DNA of 64,000 nucleotides from an uncultured Myxococcales bacterium (GTDB lineage Bacteria; Myxococcota; UBA727; JABDBI01): NCBI GenBank assembly GCA_964368985.1, contig CAYJDW010000006.1, positions 247 to 64,246 of the forward strand, read 5' to 3'. Shown piece by piece: positions 57,472 to 64,000 of this stretch (position 1 is its first letter; each line of letters starts with the position of its first letter). The notes under the pieces were generated by a model. It saw only the letters and a program-made list of their open reading frames with translations, ran no database searches and was not told where the DNA came from. The position numbers and the translations under genes were made by a program.

Positions 57472-58803
57472 CTAGGCTATACTTCTAAGAAACTTCTTAA
57501 CTTCATTATATAAATAAAATTTATCCCCATAAGTCGAACACCCATCTTGTACGACAATGTGCCCATTGCTGATCACGGTTTTAATATTCGAAGTATTGCC
57601 GGCGAGAAATAAAGCCTCCATCGCCACCTCAGGCCCATGCCACTCATATTCAGGTGGAAGTTCAATACCAATATAATTGGGGGCTATTTGAGGGGGCATC
57701 TGAGGATAAAGTGAGTTCAATCCGTTAACCGTGAGACAAGGTAAGAGTTTTTTATAAAGCCAATCGCCATCGCGATTTAAAACCGAGCGTTCTTTCAATC
57801 GCAAGCGCTCATGTTCTTCTAAACATTGTGCCTCATGAAAGGGATCAAGGCGCACATGTTGGTCGCTTCCCACACATATTTTGAGTCCCGCCTCAAAAAG
57901 CTCTTTTAATGCAATGATCCCATCTCCCAAGTTTCGCTCAGTGGAGGGGCAGATGGAGATCAAAGGCCGATGTTGTTCGAGATACGCACGATCACCCTCA
58001 ATCAATTGAGTTGCATGAATCAATGTGGTTTGAGGTGAGATTAAGTTGTGATGAGCGAGCCATGCGATCGGTGAATGGCCTGTGGCCTGAAGGCAATCTT
58101 TCACTTCTTGGCTTTGTTCACTTGCATGGATATGCAAGGGCATTTTTGATTTTATTACCCGCTCAAGAATAGGCGCGAACCACTCAGGAGGAACGGCTCT
58201 CACTGAATGAATCGCGATACCAGTCGAAACCTGTGCCCCACTTAACTCTTGCTCCACTAATGCTGCATGGGACAGGAACTCTTCAGCCGTATTAAAAATA
58301 AAGCGCCTTTGTTCAGGGAGTGCAGGTGTATTGAAATGGCTCTGATGGTAGGCCGAAGACAATAGACATAAATGGATTTTAATTTTTTTAGCAGCAGCGG
58401 CTAAGGCACGACTCATGGCCAAAGGGTCATCAAATTTTTTTCCGCTTTGGTCGTGATGAAGATAGTGAAACTCGCCCACGTCAGTAAAGCCCGCTTCAAG
58501 CATTTCTAAATAAACTAATTGGGCAATGAGCTGTAAATCCATGGGGCTAATCCGGTTAGCCAATTTATACATAGCCTCGCGCCAGGACCAAAAAGTATTG
58601 GTGGTGCTACTTTTTTCCACCAGTCCACGTAAAAGTCGCTGAAACACATGGGAATGGGTGTTGACGAAGCCTGGCATTATTACCTGGTTGGGCAACGCTA
58701 AAGTGCCCAAAGCGGGATGATGGCTATCAATAACTAGGGGATCCGTGCTTATCTTGCCCTCGCCCGAGATAAAAAAGGCAGCTTTGACGATTAGTTTAGT
58801 CAT
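57472..58803 (-). CDS. Amidohydrolase-superfamily deiminase, formimidoylglutamate deiminase (HutF)-like
   Basis: '…IMPGFVNTHSHVFQRLLRG…' is the metal-binding HxH motif. The protein is 443 aa. Confidence 0.55.
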   Translation of the reverse strand: MTKLIVKAAFFISGEGKISTDPLVIDSHHPALGTLALPNQVIMPGFVNTHSHVFQRLLRGLVEKSSTTNTFWSWREAMYKLANRISPMDLQLIAQLVYLEMLEAGFTDVGEFHYLHHDQSGKKFDDPLAMSRALAAAAKKIKIHLCLLSSAYHQSHFNTPALPEQRRFIFNTAEEFLSHAALVEQELSGAQVSTGIAIHSVRAVPPEWFAPILERVIKSKMPLHIHASEQSQEVKDCLQATGHSPIAWLAHHNLISPQTTLIHATQLIEGDRAYLEQHRPLISICPSTERNLGDGIIALKELFEAGLKICVGSDQHVRLDPFHEAQCLEEHERLRLKERSVLNRDGDWLYKKLLPCLTVNGLNSLYPQMPPQIAPNYIGIELPPEYEWHGPEVAMEALFLAGNTSNIKTVISNGHIVVQDGCSTYGDKFYLYNEVKKFLRSIA

Positions 58804-59017
58804 GGTGATCCTATGAGATTTACCAACTTTGCTAGCTTAGATCAGGCACCTCCTGAGAAAAATCAATCCCAGGAAATAAAAGGCTGAAGGAAAGATGAGG
58901 TCAAAACCAGTCCAACGCTTATTGAATGCTTGATGAATGTGTCCTAGTTGGTAGAAGGACCTCTTTGTGCTGATTGCGTTCTAGAAGACGTTTAGGCCCC
59001 GAATCTAGGAAAATGTT

Positions 59018-61927
59018 TTGAAACACAACTATCAAAGCTATCTGAGCAATCATTTTTTGAGACTATTGTGGGCTTCAGCCTGGGTGCTAAGTTTTACGGC
59101 ACCAGTATTTGCTCAATCCATGGGCCCCCGGGGCGGCAAAAAGACCAAGGTGGAAAATACCCATCTCGATCCCACCTTAAGAAAAATTGAAGGCCAGCTG
59201 AGTTTCGATGAGAAAACTAAAAAAGCTCTGGAGCGTTCAAATAAGCCTGGCGTATTGCTGGCAGCGTCGATGGAAAGCGACAAAATTTACCGCATCTCAA
59301 TTATTGGTGCCAACAAGGTAGAGCCTGATGCGGTGGCTTTGCGCTTAGTCAGTAAAATCGGGCAAAATTTTTCCCCGGTGCTGATAGCTGAAGATATTCG
59401 CGAAATTTATAAAATGGGTTTATTTGCTAATGTCGAGATATGGCAGCAAAAATTAGCCTCAGACGCCTATGAAATTGAATATCGCCTCACGGAAATTCCC
59501 ACTATTTTTCAAATCAAAATAAGCGGCAATGAAGCCTTGTCAGAAGATGAAATTAAAGAAAGCCTCGCGGGTTTAGAAAATTATCAAGGTGCCAAAACAT
59601 CGCGTTTGCAGGCGAATCGTGAAAAAATTCGTGAGCTCTACGTCGCTAAGGGTTATTATTTGGCGAATGTAAACTTCGAGACTCATCCAAGCTCTCCTGA
59701 AGATATTAAGAAAAGAGAAAAGGATGGCCTGAATGAATCATCATCATCGAAAGGCCCCGCCATAGAAATTGATACGACCAGTGTGGCAGCGCCGGATTTT
59801 GTCGACGTGACTTTTAAGATTGAAGAGAATGCTAAGGTTAAAGTAAATCGCATTTATTTTTCAGGCAATAATCGTTTAAGCGACGAAAAAATTCGCCCGA
59901 ATTTACGCTCTCATGAAGAACATGCTTTGTCGATTTTGAACGATATGGGTACTTTTCGAAAAGACTATTTAGAAATCGATGGATTGATCCTTGAAAAACT
60001 TTTGCATGATCACGGGATGCTCAAGGCCAAAATTCTGCCGCCCTTAGTTGAACTCGGTCCCGATAAAAGCACCATTGATATTGGCTATCGCATGATTGAA
60101 GGCGATCAATATTCTTTAGGAGATTTAAGTATTGCCGGCGATAAAGTTGAACATAGTGAAGTTATCTATCGTCTTCAGAAAGAGGCTCGTCCTGAGGAGC
60201 CGATTTTTTACTCCGATAAATTATTGAAAGAAATTAGTCAGAAAAAAGGCGAGGTTTTTAATAAATCGCTGATGGCAGAAAATGTCATGGCTATCTCCGA
60301 AAAGTATCGCGATGAAGGCTATGCTTATGCCAATGTTTCGCCCATGCCAACCTTTAATGAAGAGGAAAAAAGTGTCGACATAAATATTAATGTCGAAAGT
60401 GGTCCTCGTGTTCGTGTGGAAAGAATCGATATCGTCGGCAATGAAAAAACTAAAGATGAAGTGATTCGTCGTGAACTGGATATTAATGAAGGTGATTATT
60501 ATTCTTCCACGGGCTTAAGGCTCAGTGAAAATAATGTTTCACGCCTCGGTTATTTCGAGACGGTGGAAATGACCAATCAGCCAGGTTCGGCTCCCGATCG
60601 CATGGTCGTTACCATTAAAGTAAAAGAACAAAGCACTGGCAATATTCAAGCCGGAGCGGGCTATGGTACGGGCGGCGAAGGAATTGTCTTACGCGGTCAA
60701 ATATCAAACCAAAACTTGTTTGGCCGAGGACAAACTTTGTCGGCACAAGTTAACTGGTCCAATTATCGCCAAGAATTTGATGTGATGTTTATTGAGCCAT
60801 CTCTGACTTATGTATTTTCTAACCCACTTACTTTTGCCTTCACCGCCTATAATCGGAAACGAAATATGGGTGAATTTACTCGCAGCGCTATTGGTGGTGA
60901 TTTTACTTTTGGCTATCCCGTTGGCGGGCCGCTTTCCCATATTTCTCGCAAGTGGAAAAATAAAGCGAGCCCCAACTTAGTAAACTATGTGCTCGATTTT
61001 GATGCGTTGTTGTTTTATTTAACCTATACCGTCGAACGCGTTGAAATAAGTGATTTATCCACTGATGCGAGAAAATGGGATCTTTATCAAGGAGTGCCAC
61101 GCTATACCACTTCGCTAAGACCAACGCTGAAATTAGATCAGCGCGATAATCGTATGTTTCCGACGCGAGGAATTTATGCCGAAGTACGTGCTGATTTTGC
61201 TTCCGAATATTTTGGCAGTATTGGGCTTGCCAAACTAGAGAATAAAATTCGGGGACGCCGCAATAACGATAGTCTCGCCGATGGCCGGAATTATTTAAAG
61301 CCTCTGTCCCAGGCCAATAACTTCATTAAATACGGCGCTAATTTCAGGGCCTATCACAATCTCGACGAGTGGTTTTTTATCAATGGTTTTGTGTTTAAAA
61401 CCAATTTTGAACTGGGTATTTTGGATACCTTGGGCAATCCGCTCATTTTCGAAAATTTTGCTTTGGGTGGCCCCAACAGTGTGCGGGGTTATAGCTATCG
61501 GTCGATTAGTCCGATTGAGCGCGCAGGTGCCTTATTTCCTTTCGATTCACGACGAGATCTTCCCATCGGCGGTAATAAACAATTTTATGGATCATTTGAA
61601 CTTGAGTTCCCCTTGATCAAGGCTCTAAAGATTGGCGGCGTGCTCTTTTTCGATTTCGGAAATGCCTTTTCGAATGAAGATAATTTCTTTTATTTGGGGG
61701 GTAAATCGGAAAACGCTAAGCGTATTCATCCAAACGATCCGCTCCGACTTTATGAGTGGCTAGGTCTTTATAGTTCCGTGGGTTTTGGACTTCGTTGGAA
61801 CAGTCCTTTAGGTTATTTGCGCTTCGAATGGGGTATCCCTCTTAACCGTCGTCCATCCACGACGCCAGGATTAACCGAACAAGATCGCCCTATCGGCTTC
61901 GAGTTCAATATTGGTCCGAGTTTTTAA
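59018..61927 (+). CDS. bamA: Outer membrane protein assembly factor BamA (Omp85), POTRA domains plus barrel
   Basis: A signal peptide and repeated POTRA segments are present. The barrel contains 'GYGTGGEGIVLRGQISNQNLFGRGQ' and ends with the C-terminal '…FEFNIGPSF'. Confidence 0.8.
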   Translation: MKHNYQSYLSNHFLRLLWASAWVLSFTAPVFAQSMGPRGGKKTKVENTHLDPTLRKIEGQLSFDEKTKKALERSNKPGVLLAASMESDKIYRISIIGANKVEPDAVALRLVSKIGQNFSPVLIAEDIREIYKMGLFANVEIWQQKLASDAYEIEYRLTEIPTIFQIKISGNEALSEDEIKESLAGLENYQGAKTSRLQANREKIRELYVAKGYYLANVNFETHPSSPEDIKKREKDGLNESSSSKGPAIEIDTTSVAAPDFVDVTFKIEENAKVKVNRIYFSGNNRLSDEKIRPNLRSHEEHALSILNDMGTFRKDYLEIDGLILEKLLHDHGMLKAKILPPLVELGPDKSTIDIGYRMIEGDQYSLGDLSIAGDKVEHSEVIYRLQKEARPEEPIFYSDKLLKEISQKKGEVFNKSLMAENVMAISEKYRDEGYAYANVSPMPTFNEEEKSVDININVESGPRVRVERIDIVGNEKTKDEVIRRELDINEGDYYSSTGLRLSENNVSRLGYFETVEMTNQPGSAPDRMVVTIKVKEQSTGNIQAGAGYGTGGEGIVLRGQISNQNLFGRGQTLSAQVNWSNYRQEFDVMFIEPSLTYVFSNPLTFAFTAYNRKRNMGEFTRSAIGGDFTFGYPVGGPLSHISRKWKNKASPNLVNYVLDFDALLFYLTYTVERVEISDLSTDARKWDLYQGVPRYTTSLRPTLKLDQRDNRMFPTRGIYAEVRADFASEYFGSIGLAKLENKIRGRRNNDSLADGRNYLKPLSQANNFIKYGANFRAYHNLDEWFFINGFVFKTNFELGILDTLGNPLIFENFALGGPNSVRGYSYRSISPIERAGALFPFDSRRDLPIGGNKQFYGSFELEFPLIKALKIGGVLFFDFGNAFSNEDNFFYLGGKSENAKRIHPNDPLRLYEWLGLYSSVGFGLRWNSPLGYLRFEWGIPLNRRPSTTPGLTEQDRPIGFEFNIGPSF

Positions 61928-63204
61928 TGGCGACGTTGATCAAAAAAGTTCGCATCATTGACCCTGCGGCCAAGCTTGATTTGGTGGAAGATGTTTTGAT
62001 CTCCGAGCAGGAAATTGCCATTGCTCCAAATGCTTTGAAGGGACCCTATTTAGTATTGAATGGGCAAAATCGCTTGCTTGTTCCGGGCCTGGTTGATCTT
62101 CATGTGCATTTTAGAGAGCCCGGATTTACCTATAAAGAAAACATCGCCTCGGGTATTAGGGCGGCTTTGGCGGGCGGCGTTACATCGGCTTTGGTAATGC
62201 CGAATACAAAGCCTGCTATCGATTGTCCAAAGTTGGTGGATTATCAATTTAAGCGGGCCACAAAATTAAACTTTGATTTAATGGTGGCAGGGGCGGCGAC
62301 CTTTGGTTTAAAAGGCGAGGAGCTCACCAATATTGCCGAACTAAAACAAAGCGGCGTGAAGGCCATTACCGACGACGGAATGCCGATTTTAAGTGACGAT
62401 CATATGCGAAAAGCGCTTAAGGCTGGCCGTCGCCATCAGCTGCTGATTATGCAGCATGCCGAGGACACGCGCATTAGTTGCGGGCATTCGCTAAATGCTG
62501 GCGAGGCCAGTGCGCGCTTAAATATTTTAGGCCAAGAGAGAAGAGCGGAATATGATTTGGTAGCGCGCGATATTGCCTTGGCGGAGCAAATCGGAGCTCG
62601 ATATCATGTGCTTCATTTATCCTGCGCAAGATCGCTAAAAATGGTACGTGAAGCGAAACGTCGAGGGGTCTTTGTGAGTTGTGAAGTGGCGCCTCACCAT
62701 TTGCTCCTTTCGGAGTGTGATATTCATGAACTTGATGGCAACAAAAAAATGAACCCACCCTTGCGCGCAAAAGGGGATCGAGAAGCCTTGATCGAGGGCA
62801 TCAATGATGGAACTGTTGATGCGGTTGCGAGTGATCACGCGCCCCATCATCGACGAGAAAAAACTCTTCCCTTTGATAAGGCTCCTTTCGGAGTGGTGGG
62901 CGTAGAGACGACCATTTTGGCTCTCCTAACTTTGGTGGCGCGCCAAAAAATAAGCTTATTCGATGCCATTAAATTGATGACCAGTGGCCCGGCACGGGTT
63001 TTAGGCGAGGGATATCGTATTGGCACCATGATGGGGGATGCCGAGAAAAATGCCGTGCTAATCGACCCTCATCATTCTTTTAAGCTCACGGAATCTCACT
63101 TGGTGAGTCGTTCTAAAAACTCGGCATTTTTAGGGACACAGCTTTATGGCCAAGTACTAGCAACTTTTTTTAATGGTCGAATGGTTTATACGCGAGGAAT
63201 TTAA
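61927..63204 (+). CDS. pyrC: Dihydroorotase (type I, cyclic amidohydrolase)
   Basis: 'LVDLHVHFREPG' is followed by '…DHAPH' and further metal ligands. The protein is 425 aa. Confidence 0.75.
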   Translation: MATLIKKVRIIDPAAKLDLVEDVLISEQEIAIAPNALKGPYLVLNGQNRLLVPGLVDLHVHFREPGFTYKENIASGIRAALAGGVTSALVMPNTKPAIDCPKLVDYQFKRATKLNFDLMVAGAATFGLKGEELTNIAELKQSGVKAITDDGMPILSDDHMRKALKAGRRHQLLIMQHAEDTRISCGHSLNAGEASARLNILGQERRAEYDLVARDIALAEQIGARYHVLHLSCARSLKMVREAKRRGVFVSCEVAPHHLLLSECDIHELDGNKKMNPPLRAKGDREALIEGINDGTVDAVASDHAPHHRREKTLPFDKAPFGVVGVETTILALLTLVARQKISLFDAIKLMTSGPARVLGEGYRIGTMMGDAEKNAVLIDPHHSFKLTESHLVSRSKNSAFLGTQLYGQVLATFFNGRMVYTRGI

Positions 63205-63686
63205 TGAACAATTTAATGCTGACAAAAAAAGGCTATAACAAGCTCAGGGCTGAATATGATGAGCTTAGCCTCAGGGAACGGCCAAAAGTGGTGCAGGGAG
63301 TATCGATTGCGGCGGCCGAAGGTGATCGCTCGGAAAATGCCGAATATATTTATGGCAAAAAGCGTTTGCGTGAAATTGATCGAAGGTTGCAATATCTGAC
63401 TTCGTTGCTGAAGAATCCGATCATCATTGACCGATCAAAGGTGAATAGCGCCACCGTGTCTTTTGGCTGCCTGGTGGAAGTACTCGACGAGCAAGGCCTT
63501 AAGAGAGCGTGGACTATTGTGGGCGAGGGTGAAGCGGATTTGAAAGAGCGCAGCATCAGCAGTGAGGCCCCCGTTGCTCGTGCTTTACTTGGCAAAAAAG
63601 TTGGCGATGTGGTTGAGGTAGAGCTGCAAAAAGGCGCCTCTAGCTTCGAGATTATTTCCATTAAAGTTGGTGAAATCGATGGCTAA
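63204..63686 (+). CDS. greA: Transcription elongation factor GreA
   Basis: 'LTKKGYNKLRAEYDEL…ERPKVVQGVSIAAAEGDRSENAEY' is the GreA signature. Confidence 0.85.
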   Translation: MNNLMLTKKGYNKLRAEYDELSLRERPKVVQGVSIAAAEGDRSENAEYIYGKKRLREIDRRLQYLTSLLKNPIIIDRSKVNSATVSFGCLVEVLDEQGLKRAWTIVGEGEADLKERSISSEAPVARALLGKKVGDVVEVELQKGASSFEIISIKVGEIDG

Positions 63687-63965
63687 AAAGTCGGGGTGAA
63701 CAGACCGACCAAGTGAATCACTTGACCGTGCCATCCACCCCATTGGGGGGCATTCCCAAATACAAGTTCAGGAATACTTTCAAAAGCGCCTTATAGCGTC
63801 GTAAAACAAAATCGCTTGAGCTTTTCGGCTCATCATCTTTTGCCACCTATTGTAACGATGAAGGTGGATGTGGGCAGGTGATGATCTGATGTGGGTGAGG
63901 GTAATTTTTGCGATTCATTATTGGTATTGATGATATATGCGAGCTGAGCTTCTCTTTCGAAAAGG

Positions 63966-64000
63966 GTTGTTGCATAATTGCTGACCATTTTTCCTCAACA
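63966..64000. repeat. MITE/REP-like element, copy 4 (5' end only; the window ends)
   Basis: 'ttgttgcataattgctgaccatttttcctcaaca' parallels the copy-2 start 'ttgttgcataaccgacggcctgttttgtctcaacaactcc'. Confidence 0.45.

Noticed and set aside
1-64000. CRISPR arrays, rRNA genes, integrases, transposases and phage structural genes
   Set aside because: No direct-repeat and spacer periodicity was seen, and there is no rRNA-like conserved sequence. No ORF has recombinase, transposase or capsid motifs. The only mobile-type signal is the non-autonomous MITE family.

Overview
The window is a 64-kb chromosomal segment of a Gram-negative bacterium with roughly 50% GC. Weak hints suggest a Bdellovibrionota/Myxococcota-like lineage: a Cys-containing C-terminal sorting tail, a CxDxDGDGxxDC motif protein, and a eukaryote-like ANK–RasGAP protein. 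The lineage call is inference only.

Most of the window is core housekeeping. Recognisable genes are rimK plus a DUF785 partner, scoAB CoA-transferase, an amidase, a DUF72 protein, a 5'-nucleotidase, truA, tatAC, miaB, tig, tRNA-Leu(TAG), prkA, DAHP synthase, a CDF transporter, pyrF, a SpoU methyltransferase, a FabI-like reductase, an RRM protein, a ComEA-like protein, yebC, ruvC, rpmF, yceD, a Dam-like methyltransferase, PBP1A, gpsA, a TonB-dependent receptor with a BtuFCD-type ABC uptake operon, an M3 oligopeptidase, pspA, a HutF-like deiminase, bamA, pyrC and greA.

Several regions stand out from that background.

1. An AT-rich island of about 5 kb (3.3–8.5 kb) encodes a ~1000-aa protein whose C-terminus is a pentameric ligand-gated ion channel (Cys-loop receptor) module. 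Ahead of that module are two further periplasmic segments, each bracketed by TM hairpins. Its start codon overlaps, in an ATGA junction, the stop of a type-I (ANF-receptor/LivJ-like) periplasmic binding lipoprotein gene. An MscS channel gene lies alongside.
2. A protein with N-terminal ankyrin repeats and a C-terminal RasGAP-like 'FLRFINP' region sits directly downstream of ruvC.
3. A four-gene run (12.8–16.8 kb) encodes secreted, coiled-coil proteins with no recognisable family.
4. A MITE-like palindromic element of about 220 bp, with terminal inverted repeats (ccggcgttgttgcgtaaat…atttatgcaacaacgccgg), occurs in four copies at gene 3' ends, plus one solo end. A second short REP-like motif is also present in two copies.
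5. TruA carries an N-terminal Cys-rich CWC-like domain and follows a small acidic peptide with a His/Asp tail.
6. A perfect 9-6-9 palindrome lies in a divergent promoter region.

No CRISPR array, rRNA or obvious prophage is visible.
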